Shown: positions 18,972 through 29,006, numbered from the stretch's first letter. The stretch is DNA of 64,000 bases from an uncultured Spirochaetota bacterium (GCA_963820525.1 CAWGAA010000001.1:1728001-1792000); one strand, 5' to 3'. Notes: generated by a model from the sequence alone, not told the origin. A program made the numbers and translations.

Positions 18972-19979
18972 ATGCAGGAGCGCATCGAGCGAAAGCGCCT
19001 CGTCATGCTTCGCATCCTCCAGGAGGCGGACAATCCCGTGGGCAGCGACCTGATCACAAAGGAGCTGAAGCAGCACGGCTACGACATGAGCGAACGCACG
19101 GTTCGCTTTCACCTCCTGGCCATGGACAAGGCGGGGTACACCCGCTACATCGGAAAGCGGGGGCGGCGCATCACGGAAAAGGGCAAGCTCGAGCTCTCCA
19201 ATGCCATGGTCCACGAGAGGGTGGGTTTCCTGGCCGCGAAGATCGACCAGCTCACCTACCTCATGAAATTCGACATCGCGAAGCTCCAGGGCAGCGTGGT
19301 TGTCAACACAAGCCTCATCGAGAAGAAGGAGCTGGAGCGCACCTACCCGTTCGTACAGAAGGTATTCGAGGCGGGCTACGCCATGGGCAAGCTCCTTACC
19401 CTCTACGAGCCGGGATGCAGGGCGGGGGAGATCGTGATCCCGCCCGGGTTCGTGGGTTTGGGAACGATCTGCTCGATCACCGTCAACGGAGTGCTCCTCT
19501 CCCTGGGAATCCCAACCCACTCCCGCTTCGGCGGGCTTCTGGAGATGCAGGAGAGGAAACCACTGCGCTGGACGGCCATCATCAACTACGACGGCACCAG
19601 CCTGGACCCGCTGGAGATCTTCATCAGAAGCGGCATGACCGATTACGTTGGAGCAACCGAAGTGGGAAGCGGCCAGATCGGAGCCAGCTTCCGTGAGGTC
19701 CCTGCAGGCAGCCGCGACAGCGTGGTGGAAATAGCGGGAAAGCTGGAAAAGATCGGTTTGGGTGGATTCATGGAGATCGGCTGGCCTGGCCAGCCGCTCC
19801 TGGGGATCCCCGTGGACGAGAACAGAATCGGGGCCATCGTCATCGGGGGGCTCAATCCCGTCGCCATCCTGGAGGAAATGGGGGTCACGGTATATTCGCG
19901 GGCTCTCTCGGGGCTCGTGGATTTCCATAAGCTCTTCCATTACAAGGAGTTGGGAGAGCGGATCAGAAAAATGAAGTAA
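18972..19979 (+). CDS. nrpR: NrpR-family nitrogen-responsive repressor (wHTH + NRD domain)
   Basis: SERTVRFHLLAMD...GRRITEKG, TICSITVNGVL, YDGTSLDPLEIF, GGLNPVA. Confidence 0.85.
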   Translation: MQERIERKRLVMLRILQEADNPVGSDLITKELKQHGYDMSERTVRFHLLAMDKAGYTRYIGKRGRRITEKGKLELSNAMVHERVGFLAAKIDQLTYLMKFDIAKLQGSVVVNTSLIEKKELERTYPFVQKVFEAGYAMGKLLTLYEPGCRAGEIVIPPGFVGLGTICSITVNGVLLSLGIPTHSRFGGLLEMQERKPLRWTAIINYDGTSLDPLEIFIRSGMTDYVGATEVGSGQIGASFREVPAGSRDSVVEIAGKLEKIGLGGFMEIGWPGQPLLGIPVDENRIGAIVIGGLNPVAILEEMGVTVYSRALSGLVDFHKLFHYKELGERIRKMK

Positions 19980-20013
19980 TCGGGCTTTTATTCACGTTTT
20001 TTATAAATTTTCA

Positions 20014-20042
20014 TTGACAGCAGACGCCTTCTATGGTAATTT
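20014..20042 (+). promoter_or_regulatory. sigma70 promoter of the nuoEFG-like/glutamate synthase operon
   Basis: TTGACA-17 nt-TAATTT with an AT-rich upstream tract. Confidence 0.65.
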
Positions 20043-20056
20043 GTCGAAAAATATTC

Positions 20057-20105
20057 ATGGCAATGGTTTGCCATAAAGAGTTGTTACCGGCTTGTCTTTG
20101 CCATA
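20057..20105. promoter_or_regulatory. Tandem putative NrpR operators
   Basis: ATGGCAATGGTTTGCCAT (perfect 7-bp arms) and GGCTTGTCTTTGCCAT, exactly 30 bp apart. Confidence 0.6.
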
Positions 20106-20159
20106 AGGGAGAGATTTTCGTCAAGTCGGGGCGTCCCGTCCGCCCGCCAGGAGGGATTC

Positions 20160-20657
20160 ATGGAAACGACCACAAAAGATTCCCTTGAGCAAATCCTCAC
20201 CCGTCACGGGCGGAAACGCACCCAGCTCATCGAAGTCCTTCACGACATCCAGAAAAGCTTCAGCTACCTTTCCGAGGATGCGCTCAAGACCGTATCCGAC
20301 AGCCTTGAAGTGCCTCTCATCGAAGTCTTCAGAGTGGCCAACTTCTACAAGGCCTTCAAGCTGAACCCCCAGGGCCGGCACCTTCTCACCCTCTGCATGG
20401 GCACTGCCTGCCACGTGAGGGGAGCGGACAAGCTCGCCGACGAGGTGAGCGGCCAGTTCGGCATCAAACCGGGGGAGACCACTCCCGACGGAGAGCTCAC
20501 CCTGGAGACCGTCAACTGCCTGGGGGCCTGCGCCCTGTCTCCCATCGCGATTCTCGACGGCAAATACTACGACAGGATGACCTACGCGAAGCTTCGCTCG
20601 CTGATCGAGAGGGTCACCGGAAACTCCCGCGAAAAGAAAAGCGTCACGTCAGGATGA
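20160..20657 (+). CDS. NuoE/HydC-like [2Fe-2S] subunit
   Basis: CMGTACHVRG...VNCLGACALSP. Confidence 0.92.
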   Translation: METTTKDSLEQILTRHGRKRTQLIEVLHDIQKSFSYLSEDALKTVSDSLEVPLIEVFRVANFYKAFKLNPQGRHLLTLCMGTACHVRGADKLADEVSGQFGIKPGETTPDGELTLETVNCLGACALSPIAILDGKYYDRMTYAKLRSLIERVTGNSREKKSVTSG

Positions 20658-22516
20658 AACCCATGGCAATAAAACCCACGACCGAGACCCTGAAGAGACT
20701 GGCCGATACCCGCCTGAAGGAGGACAGCGCCTACAGCCGGATCGCCATCGTGTGCGGCGGGCCCGGCTGCAGCGCCTCCGGCTGCCAGACCATCGTCGCA
20801 TGCCTCCAGCAGGAACTTGCCCGCAACGGGATCGGCAAGAAGATCAAGGTGAGGACCACGGGCTGCCACGGCTTCTGCGAGCAGGGACCCCTCATGGTGA
20901 TAGAACCCGAGAACCTCTTCTATTGCAGGCTCAAGCCGGAAGATATCCCCGAGATCGTCGCCGAGACCCTCGGCAAGGGCACGGTGATCGAGCGGCTCCT
21001 CTACACGGACCCCGCCACGGGCCGCAAGGTACAGAAGGAATCCGACGTTCCCTTCTACAAGGCCCAGGACAGGGCCTTGCTCGAGCAGAACAAGAATATC
21101 GATCCCTGCGAGATCGGGGACTATATCGCCCACGGCGGATACTCCGCGCTTTCCAAGGTCTTGACCACCCTGAAGCCCGAGGAGGTGATCGCCGAGATCA
21201 CGGCTTCGGGATTGCGGGGACGGGGAGGCGCTGGATTTCCCACGGGAAGGAAGTGGGAAACGTGCAGAAAGGCGGCGGGCTCGCCCAAGTACGTGATCTG
21301 CAACGCGGATGAGGGCGATCCGGGCGCCTTCATGGATCGCTGCATCCTCGAAGGCAATCCGCACGCCGTCATCGAGGGAATGCTCATCGGCGCATTCGCC
21401 ATCGGGGCGGAGCACGGCTACATTTACGTGAGGAACGAATACCCCGTCGCAGTGGATCACTCGAAGATCGCCATCACGCAGGCCGAAGAGATGGGCCTCC
21501 TGGGGAAAAACATCCTGGGGACCGGCTTTTCATTCGATATCACGGTGGCGCGCGGCGGTGGGGCATTCGTCTGCGGAGAGTCCACGGCCCTCATGGCCTC
21601 CCTGGAGGGGAAAGTGGGGGAGCCCCGGCCAAAGGACATTCACAGCACGGAAAAGGGCTTCATGGATCTGCCGTCCAATCTCAACAACGTGGAGACCTGG
21701 GCCAATGTTCCCTCGATCATCAATCGCGGTTCCGCCTGGTTCGCTTCGAAAGGCACCGCCCAGAGCACGGGGACCAAGATCTTTGCCCTCACGGGCAAGG
21801 TGAAGAACACGGGGCTCGTCGAAGTTGCCATGGGCACCACGCTGCGCCGTATCGTCACCGACATCGGCGGCGGCGCTCCCGACGGCAAGCGGGTGAAAGC
21901 GGTACAGATCGGGGGGCCATCCGGCGGCTGCCTGCCCGAGAGCCTGTTCGACCTTCCCGTCGACTTCGAGGCTCTGACGGCGCATGGGGCAATGGTCGGC
22001 TCCGGCGGCCTGGTGGTCATGGACGAAGGCACCTGCATGGTGAACGTGGCCCGCTACTTCCTGAAGTTCCTCCTGGAGGAGTCATGTGGCAAGTGCGTGC
22101 CGTGCCGCCTTGGAGTGAAGCGCCTCCACGAAACGGTGAGCGAGATTGCGGAGGGCCGGGGCACGGAGGGGATGCTGGAGCTCCTCGCCGACACGGCGGA
22201 GACGGTATCGGTGGCTTCCCTCTGCGCGCTGGGAAAGACTGCTCCCAACCCCCTCCTGACCACCTTGAAGTACTTCCGTGAGGAGTACGAGGCCCATATC
22301 AGCGACAAAAAGTGCCCCGCGGGGGTCTGCAGGGCCCTGATCCATTATTCAATCGACGATGCCGCCTGCAATGGATGCGGCCTGTGCTTCACGGCATGTC
22401 CGCACGGCGCCATCCAGCGGATCGACAAGAAGGTCTATCGCCTCGACGAGGCAAAATGCAGCAAGTGCGGCATCTGCCGGGACGCATGCAAGCACAGCGC
22501 CATCAGGGTCGCGTGA
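20654..22516 (+). CDS. NuoF/HydB-like FMN/NADH-binding subunit, long form with extra FeS domains
   Basis: N-terminal CGGPGC...GCHGFC; GRGGAGFPTG; NADEGDPGAFMDR; ESCGKCVPCR; H...CPAGVC; two C-terminal CxxCxxCxxxC motifs. Confidence 0.93.
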   Translation: MKPMAIKPTTETLKRLADTRLKEDSAYSRIAIVCGGPGCSASGCQTIVACLQQELARNGIGKKIKVRTTGCHGFCEQGPLMVIEPENLFYCRLKPEDIPEIVAETLGKGTVIERLLYTDPATGRKVQKESDVPFYKAQDRALLEQNKNIDPCEIGDYIAHGGYSALSKVLTTLKPEEVIAEITASGLRGRGGAGFPTGRKWETCRKAAGSPKYVICNADEGDPGAFMDRCILEGNPHAVIEGMLIGAFAIGAEHGYIYVRNEYPVAVDHSKIAITQAEEMGLLGKNILGTGFSFDITVARGGGAFVCGESTALMASLEGKVGEPRPKDIHSTEKGFMDLPSNLNNVETWANVPSIINRGSAWFASKGTAQSTGTKIFALTGKVKNTGLVEVAMGTTLRRIVTDIGGGAPDGKRVKAVQIGGPSGGCLPESLFDLPVDFEALTAHGAMVGSGGLVVMDEGTCMVNVARYFLKFLLEESCGKCVPCRLGVKRLHETVSEIAEGRGTEGMLELLADTAETVSVASLCALGKTAPNPLLTTLKYFREEYEAHISDKKCPAGVCRALIHYSIDDAACNGCGLCFTACPHGAIQRIDKKVYRLDEAKCSKCGICRDACKHSAIRVA

Positions 22517-22531
22517 CGAGGAGCGGAAGCG

Positions 22532-23230
22532 ATGAATGAAACGGTAACCTTGAGGATCGATGGCGCGCCCGTCAAGGCGGCCCAAGGAACCTCCGTTCTG
22601 GAAGCGGCCCTCGATTACGGGATCTGCATCCCCCACCTCTGTAACATCAAAGGGGTGAGCCCCGTGGGAGTGTGCAGGCTGTGCATCGTAGAGGTGGAAA
22701 AGAAAGGAAAGTCGAGAATCACCGCCTCCTGCACCCTGGAGGTGGAAGAGGGCATGGAGATCAAGGCCCACACCGAGAAGGTCAACCGCATCAGGAAGGG
22801 TGTCGCGGAGCTCCTGGTGGCTGAAGCGCCCAACTCGCGGGCCGTGCAGGACATCGCCGTGCTCTGCGGCGTCACCTCGGTGCGCTACCCGTTTCGAAAC
22901 GAGCAGTGCGTGCTGTGCGGCAGGTGCGTGAGGGTCTGCACGGAGGTATGGCGGGGCAACGCCTTGGGCCAGGTTGGCCGCGGGGAGCTGCAGCACATCG
23001 CCCTCCCCTTCGACAAGAGGCCGGATTCCTGCAAGCGGTGCAATGCCTGCATCACCGTCTGCCCGATGATGATCACCCCGTGCGACGGCCCGATGAAGAC
23101 GGGGCAGGAATACCTGTGCGGGAAGTGCGCTTCCCAATTGAGCATGAGCGCCCACGCTCCCGGCAGTTGCGTCCGCTGCAGGCTGGGAAAGGGATTCGAT
23201 TGCATCCGGCAGGTGCCGGTCATCTATTAA
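22532..23230 (+). CDS. NuoG/HydA N-terminal-like FeS protein without a catalytic domain
   Basis: IPHLC...GVCRLC...SC, CVLCGRCVRVC, CKRCNACITVCP, additional Cys-rich tail. Confidence 0.88.
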   Translation: MNETVTLRIDGAPVKAAQGTSVLEAALDYGICIPHLCNIKGVSPVGVCRLCIVEVEKKGKSRITASCTLEVEEGMEIKAHTEKVNRIRKGVAELLVAEAPNSRAVQDIAVLCGVTSVRYPFRNEQCVLCGRCVRVCTEVWRGNALGQVGRGELQHIALPFDKRPDSCKRCNACITVCPMMITPCDGPMKTGQEYLCGKCASQLSMSAHAPGSCVRCRLGKGFDCIRQVPVIY

Positions 23231-23276
23231 GGGGACATCCAGCGAGCCCACAGGGCGAGCTTCAAGGGGGGAATGA

Positions 23277-24866
23277 ATGAACCTGCAGAGACCCAATTCC
23301 AATGACGTGACCCAGACGGTCAATCGTTCCGAGAGCGTCGTGGCAAGCTCCGGCTTGTGCACGCGCTGCATCGACGGCTGCCGTGGAAACTGCGAAGTCT
23401 TCCGCTCCACCTTCAGGAGCCGCGAGGTCATCTACCCGGGGCCATTCGGCGAAATCACCGCCGGGGGAGACAAGAACTACCCCATCGACTATTCCCACCT
23501 CAACATCATGGGCTACGCCATGGGCGCCAAGGGGCTTCCGCAGGGCGTCGAGCCGGGCCCCGACACGGCAATCTTTCCCGCGGTCAATACCGAGACCGAG
23601 TACGGGTGGAGCTCCAAGGTGAAGATGAGGGCGCCCGTGTTCACCGGCGCGCTCGGGTCCACCGAGATCGCGCGGAGGAACTGGGAGCATTTCGCAATCG
23701 GCGCGGCCATCTCGGGAATCACCCTGGTGTGCGGCGAGAACGTGTGCGGAATCGATCCCCAGCTCGAGCTGGACTCCAAGGGAAAGATCGCCAAGTCCCC
23801 CGATATGGACAGGCGCATCGAGACGTACAAGCGCTTCCACGACGGCTACGGAGAGCTCCTCGTACAGATGAACGTCGAGGATACCCGCCTCGGCGTGGCG
23901 GAGTACGTGAGGAAGAGGCACGACCTGAAGACCATCGAGCTGAAGTGGGGCCAGGGCGCCAAGTGCATCGGCGGAGAGATCAAGGTGAAGAGCCTGGAGC
24001 GCGCCCTGGAGCTGAAGAAGCGCGGCTACATCATCACCCCGGACCCCACCTTGGAGGCGGTTCAGGCCGCGTACAAGGACGGGGCCATCCGCGAGTTCGA
24101 GCGCCACTCCCGCCTGGGTTTCGTGACCGAAGACGGATTTTTCAAGGAGATCGAGAGGCTGCGCAAGCTCGGCTTCGAGCGCATCACCCTGAAGACCGGC
24201 GCCTACTCAATGAGGGAGCTCGCCATGGCCATCAAGTATTCCTCCATGGCGCATATCGACCTTCTGACCATCGACGGGGCGGCAGGGGGAACAGGCATGA
24301 GCCCCTGGCGGATGATGGAGGAGTGGGGAATCCCCACCTTCTACCTGGAGTCGCTCACCTATGAGTTCGCAGAAAAGCTCGTAAAGAGGGGAATGCGCCT
24401 GCCGGACCTTGCCATCGCGGGGGGCTTCTCCACCGAGGACCACCTGTTCAAGGCGCTTGCCATGGGCGCCCCGCACATCAAGGCCGTCTGCATGGGCCGC
24501 GCCATGATGATCCCCGGAATGGTGGGCAAGAACATCGACCTCTGGATTAAGGGCAACGACCTTCCCACAACCGTGTCGCGCTTCGGCAAGACCCCCAACG
24601 AGATCTTCGTGTGCTTCGACGAGCTGGCCGATAAGTACGGAAAACAGATGAAGGACATCCCGCTTGGTGCCGTGGGCATCTACAGCTTCTCCCAGAAGCT
24701 CAAGATCGGGCTCCAGCAGCTCATGGCGGGCACCAGGAACTTCAGGCTCTCGACCATCTCCCGCAAGGACCTGATGTGCCTCACCGAGGACGCTTCGAAA
24801 GTTTCGGGCATCCCCTACCTCATGCAGGCGTACCGGGAAGAGGCGGAGGCGGTGCTTCAGAGCTGA
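23277..24866 (+). CDS. Stand-alone FMN-binding glutamate synthase family protein
   Basis: IELKWGQGAKCIGGE, TIDGAAGGTGMSP, AGGF...KALAMGA; N-terminal CTRCIDGCRGNC; no amidotransferase domain. Confidence 0.9.
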   Translation: MNLQRPNSNDVTQTVNRSESVVASSGLCTRCIDGCRGNCEVFRSTFRSREVIYPGPFGEITAGGDKNYPIDYSHLNIMGYAMGAKGLPQGVEPGPDTAIFPAVNTETEYGWSSKVKMRAPVFTGALGSTEIARRNWEHFAIGAAISGITLVCGENVCGIDPQLELDSKGKIAKSPDMDRRIETYKRFHDGYGELLVQMNVEDTRLGVAEYVRKRHDLKTIELKWGQGAKCIGGEIKVKSLERALELKKRGYIITPDPTLEAVQAAYKDGAIREFERHSRLGFVTEDGFFKEIERLRKLGFERITLKTGAYSMRELAMAIKYSSMAHIDLLTIDGAAGGTGMSPWRMMEEWGIPTFYLESLTYEFAEKLVKRGMRLPDLAIAGGFSTEDHLFKALAMGAPHIKAVCMGRAMMIPGMVGKNIDLWIKGNDLPTTVSRFGKTPNEIFVCFDELADKYGKQMKDIPLGAVGIYSFSQKLKIGLQQLMAGTRNFRLSTISRKDLMCLTEDASKVSGIPYLMQAYREEAEAVLQS

Positions 24867-24890
24867 TCGCTCGCGGTCACGCATGACGGC

Positions 24891-24926
24891 AAGGCGGCCG
24901 GTCACCCCCGGCCGCCTTTTTATTTT
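24891..24926 (+). terminator. Rho-independent terminator
   Basis: AAGGCGGCCGG-TCACC-CCGGCCGCCTT followed by TTTATTTT. Confidence 0.85.
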
Positions 24927-25013
24927 GGCGGGACCTTTCAGATGCTTTCTGTGTTGTCCGAGGAATCGGCCCGCCGTTAAAGGCCTGACCCCCTCGGCAG
25001 ATGCGGCTTGATC

Positions 25014-27917
25014 CTACCGCCCGGCGTCCTTCGGCGCGAGATCGTTTCCGATGCCGAGATAAACCGGCTTGAATCCCCCTCCGTAATCCAGCTGCGTCGT
25101 CCACACCTGGACCGTGCCGGCGGCCTGCCAGACCCGGCCCTTCTGCGACTTGGCGGTCAAGAGGTAGCCAACGGTCGCTCCTTCGGGCAGGTTCATGGAT
25201 TGGCCGAAGCCCAGCGCGTTGCCCCTCGGCGCCCCAGGCTTTGTCCAGACCATATCGCTGCCGAGAGGCTTCCCCGCGGATGCGTCAATGACGCTCACCG
25301 CTATTCCATATTCTCCCGCGGAATTCTTCTCGAAGTCCTCGCGGTCGGCAGCGCGTTCCTTTCCCGCCGCCCGCGATATATAGCCTGCCACCTTCACGAG
25401 CGTGCCGACCTTGGGCCAGATCGCCCGGGGGCTGCTGCCGAAAAGCAGGAAGGGAACATTCAGCCCCACAATGCCGCCTGAAGGCATCGCCTCGGCATAA
25501 TAGAGGTAATTGCCGCCGCTGGTTGGGACGGCAACTTCAACCTCGACGAGGCGGTTTCTGTCCAGTGTTACCCCCGCCGAGCTGTATTCGATGCTCACGG
25601 CCTGATTTCGGCCCAGGGAACGCACCTGTACGGGAACGGATCCCTGCGCCACGATTTCATCGCTGCGGTAATAGCGCACCGTCACGCGAGCCTGGTCGCC
25701 GATCCGCTCCTTGTTCAATGCAAGGGCATCCGCTTCACGCTTCTCGAGGCGCAGGTTTCTGGCCATCACTGAGATGCGGTCGTTTCCCGTCGGCTGCGCC
25801 GGCTGGGGCGTGACGGGCATCGGCTGAGGTCTGAGGGGCTGTGGCTGCTCTTCTCGGGAAACACGGAGGGTATATCTGGCCGTGCTTCCATTCTCCGCGG
25901 TTACGTCAATGGCGACAACCCGGGTGGCACCCGGATCCACGGCAACGGTTCGACCTGTCTTCTCCAGGGGCGAGCCGTCGACCGTGATGGCTGCCTTCGG
26001 GCTCTGAGCTGATGCCATAAGGAGCACGGAAGGCACGCCGGCGCCGATCTTGGCATCGTAGATGATGATGCCGGGGGAGAAAACGGGCTGGAGCGCAACG
26101 CCGGCGAGCTGGAGCGTATTCAGCATGGTGTTGCCGTCCTTGCCGACCTGAGGCACGACGGGGGCGGGATTAGCGGGCTCTACCGGCTGGGGAGTCACTG
26201 CGGGCTGAACCGGAGACACATCTCGGCTCACCGTCACCTGGTAAAGCCGCTGCGAGCCATCCTCCGCAGTCACCACGAGGCTGACGATGGCGCTCTTGCC
26301 GGGGTCAACAGCCACTGTGACGGTCTTGCTGGAAGCTGGGGCCGCGCCCTGCTCTCCCGCGAGGGAGATGACAGCCCGCGGGCTTGCCGTCATCGTCGTG
26401 AGCTGGACGTTCGTAACGCCCGAGGACAGCGCCAGGCTGTACGATACGACACGGGGAGAAAACGGCGGGAACAGCGCTCCGGCTGAAACGGCCAGGGAGG
26501 CAAGGTCGGCATTGCGGTCAGGGGGCGCCCTCCTGATGACGAGGGAGTAGCGGAAGACATTCCCGTCCTGCGCGGTCACGGTGACCGACATGGGCAGCAG
26601 GTTTCCCTTCTCGAAATCCAGCAGCACTCCCGCCGGGTCCGCCGGGCTTCCCTGATATGAGAAGCCCACGGCGGCCGCGCCAGCCGCGGAGGCCGGCATC
26701 TCCAGGGCTACGCGCGCATACGCGCTTCGCGGCTGGGCATGCACCGTGAGCTGCTTGGTCGCGAAAGGCACGCTTGCGTCGAAGGAGGCGATATTGGGGC
26801 CGAATGTTGGAGAGAGCACGCCCCCGTCCACCGAAAGTACGGCCAGCTGGTAATCGTGATCGGGCTCCGCGCGCACGATTTCAACCGCGTATTGCTGCGC
26901 GCTTCCATCCTGCGCGGTAACCGTCACGATAAAGGGGAAACGCGCGCCGCTGGCGAAATCGAGGACGGCGCCGTTTTTATCCGAGACATTCCCGCGGAAC
27001 GCTCCGACGGCCCCACCGCCCTCCTGGGAGGCCGTCTGCCCGGGCACGCCGATGGCAAGAACGGCATACGGGCTCTGCGGACGGGCGCGGACCACCAGCT
27101 GCCGTGTTTCGAAAGGCACAGAGACCACGTAGGTGAAGCGGGAAGGCGTGAACAGGGGCGCAAGAGATGCGCCCTGTATGTCAAGTGCGTCCAGGGCGGC
27201 GTTGGAATCCGGCGCGGCCCGGGAAAGGAGAAAAGTATATTTCTGGCGCGTGACTCCATCCTCGGCCAGCGTCTCGATCACGATCGTTTCCTTCTGCCCC
27301 GTGGCGAAGTCCACGCTCGCGCTTGCCGCGGCGCCCTGATACTCGACGCCGGCAATGGAAATGCTTTTCACGGTGCGGCTCTGAGCCCGGGCTTCGATGT
27401 GCAGAGTTCGAGTGGCGAAGGGGACCTGGATGGCATAGCGAGTCACCGCCGGGCTGAAAGCGGGCTGGATCACCGCCCCGGAAGGCAGGGAGATCTGCGC
27501 AAGCCCGGCGGAGGCCTCGGCTTCCCGGACGACCACCCGGTAGCGCCATGGCTCCTTCTGGCCCGAGACCTCGATCGAGTACATCACGGGAGCCGAGAAA
27601 TCGTTGGCAGTGACGCCGTTCTGCTGGAGCACGCGCGTTCCGCTGGAAACAACGGAAATGACAGCCTCCGTGCTCAGGGAGAGCGTGGCGATCAACGTCG
27701 ACCTGTCGGTGCCGGGCGGAACGACGAGCTCGACGTCCCTCGGGTCCGCCAGCTCGTTTATCGTCCCCTGCACGTTCTGCGTCAGCCCGGGATTCGACGC
27801 CGAAAGCAGGAGAAACGAATCCACGGGGCCCTTGCCGCGCCCCGCGAATGTGACGCAGCCGCCGAGACCCGCGAGCATGAGCAAGGCAAACACGGCACGG
27901 CAGGCGAGCTTTCGCAT
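25014..27917 (-). CDS. Large lipoprotein with tandem cadherin-like beta-sandwich repeats
   Basis: Lipobox-like LGGC; about five repeats of NA.L..L.V....L.P.F.P....Y...V...VTAEDG...Y; Pro/Gln linkers. Confidence 0.85.
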   Translation of the reverse strand: MRKLACRAVFALLMLAGLGGCVTFAGRGKGPVDSFLLLSASNPGLTQNVQGTINELADPRDVELVVPPGTDRSTLIATLSLSTEAVISVVSSGTRVLQQNGVTANDFSAPVMYSIEVSGQKEPWRYRVVVREAEASAGLAQISLPSGAVIQPAFSPAVTRYAIQVPFATRTLHIEARAQSRTVKSISIAGVEYQGAAASASVDFATGQKETIVIETLAEDGVTRQKYTFLLSRAAPDSNAALDALDIQGASLAPLFTPSRFTYVVSVPFETRQLVVRARPQSPYAVLAIGVPGQTASQEGGGAVGAFRGNVSDKNGAVLDFASGARFPFIVTVTAQDGSAQQYAVEIVRAEPDHDYQLAVLSVDGGVLSPTFGPNIASFDASVPFATKQLTVHAQPRSAYARVALEMPASAAGAAAVGFSYQGSPADPAGVLLDFEKGNLLPMSVTVTAQDGNVFRYSLVIRRAPPDRNADLASLAVSAGALFPPFSPRVVSYSLALSSGVTNVQLTTMTASPRAVISLAGEQGAAPASSKTVTVAVDPGKSAIVSLVVTAEDGSQRLYQVTVSRDVSPVQPAVTPQPVEPANPAPVVPQVGKDGNTMLNTLQLAGVALQPVFSPGIIIYDAKIGAGVPSVLLMASAQSPKAAITVDGSPLEKTGRTVAVDPGATRVVAIDVTAENGSTARYTLRVSREEQPQPLRPQPMPVTPQPAQPTGNDRISVMARNLRLEKREADALALNKERIGDQARVTVRYYRSDEIVAQGSVPVQVRSLGRNQAVSIEYSSAGVTLDRNRLVEVEVAVPTSGGNYLYYAEAMPSGGIVGLNVPFLLFGSSPRAIWPKVGTLVKVAGYISRAAGKERAADREDFEKNSAGEYGIAVSVIDASAGKPLGSDMVWTKPGAPRGNALGFGQSMNLPEGATVGYLLTAKSQKGRVWQAAGTVQVWTTQLDYGGGFKPVYLGIGNDLAPKDAGR

Positions 27918-28151
27918 GAAGACCTCCACTCTCAGATCTCGAATATAGTCCTTAGACGCCGGCAAAACCGGCATGTCGGAGCATACCGAAGAGGCACGGA
28001 TTGTATTTCGATATCATCCGGGCGGTATACTAACCCAAGGGGTTCACCATGCAATATACGATCATGCCCTCTGTGAAGGCCATCAAGAAGGCTCAGGGCG
28101 GCAACGTCGACATCATCGTCGGACCGTCCGCGGGGGAAGCCGCCCGCCGGC

Positions 28152-29006
28152 TCAGCCGATGTCTGCCTGCCGGGCGCGTTCCTTCATCAACCTGCTGAAA
28201 GTGACGCGGGGTACCGGCTCCCGCGGCCGGGCCTTGAGGGTGATCTTCTCTCCCGTGGCGGGATTGACTCCCACGCGCGCCTTCTGCGCGGGACGCATGC
28301 GCAGGAACAGCCTGCCCAGCTTGCCCAGGGGAACCCGCTGGCCCAGGAGCATCCCCGACTCGATCATCGTAAGATAGTCGTCGACGATCCGCCTGGTCTG
28401 CTTCTGGCTCAAGCCGTTCTTCCGCGCGAGGTAGGTGATGATGGTTTTCATGGTGAACTGGTCCGGCACTTCCTGTCCGGCCGGAACCACCGTGCGGTTG
28501 ATCTTCAAGAACCCATTGGTGAGGTAGATGGTGGCTTCCCGGATCCGTTTCTCCTGCTCTTCCGGCGGCACGTCGGGAGCGCAGGCGGCGATCTTCAGGA
28601 GAGCGGAGGTATTCTGGAGCTGTCCCCCACGGAAGGCCGCCTCCTGATCCTGGACGGCATCCGCCTCGAGCTCCGCGCTCTCCATCACGATCAGGTGCGG
28701 CACATCGGTTCGAAGCTGGATGCTTGCGTACTCGACCCGCCGCCCCCCCTTCTCCAGGGGCCCCAGGCTGACGAGGGATCCGGAATAGGTCAGCATCAGC
28801 GCACCCCTCTTGTCGGCGGCATCGAATGACTCCAGCTCCACCATGTCCAGGGCGCGGATCTGGCCTTCGAACATCTGCTTCTTCTCGAACCAGACCCGAG
28901 CCATGTCCTCCAGGGTCTGCGGCGTGTCGGGAAGCCCCGAGCTCTTGATCAGGCCGGCCAGATGGGAGCGGATCGTCTCGTTCAGCTTTCCAGCGTAATC
29001 TGACAT
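28152..29006 (-). CDS. Unknown ~175-aa domain fused to a C-terminal HU/IHF DNA-binding domain
   Basis: C-terminal LARKNGLSQKQ...VPLGKLGRL...RPAQKARVGVNPATGEKITLKARP; RBS AAGGAGGT before MSDY. Confidence 0.85.
   Translation of the reverse strand: MSDYAGKLNETIRSHLAGLIKSSGLPDTPQTLEDMARVWFEKKQMFEGQIRALDMVELESFDAADKRGALMLTYSGSLVSLGPLEKGGRRVEYASIQLRTDVPHLIVMESAELEADAVQDQEAAFRGGQLQNTSALLKIAACAPDVPPEEQEKRIREATIYLTNGFLKINRTVVPAGQEVPDQFTMKTIITYLARKNGLSQKQTRRIVDDYLTMIESGMLLGQRVPLGKLGRLFLRMRPAQKARVGVNPATGEKITLKARPREPVPRVTFSRLMKERARQADIG

Noticed and set aside
20058..20102. sigma54 promoters
   Set aside because: Spacing is GG-N9-GC, not N10; the palindromic operator reading fits better.
20160..23230. 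Respiratory complex I or hydrogenase operon
   Set aside because: No membrane Nuo subunits, no H-cluster motifs and no NiFe large subunit.
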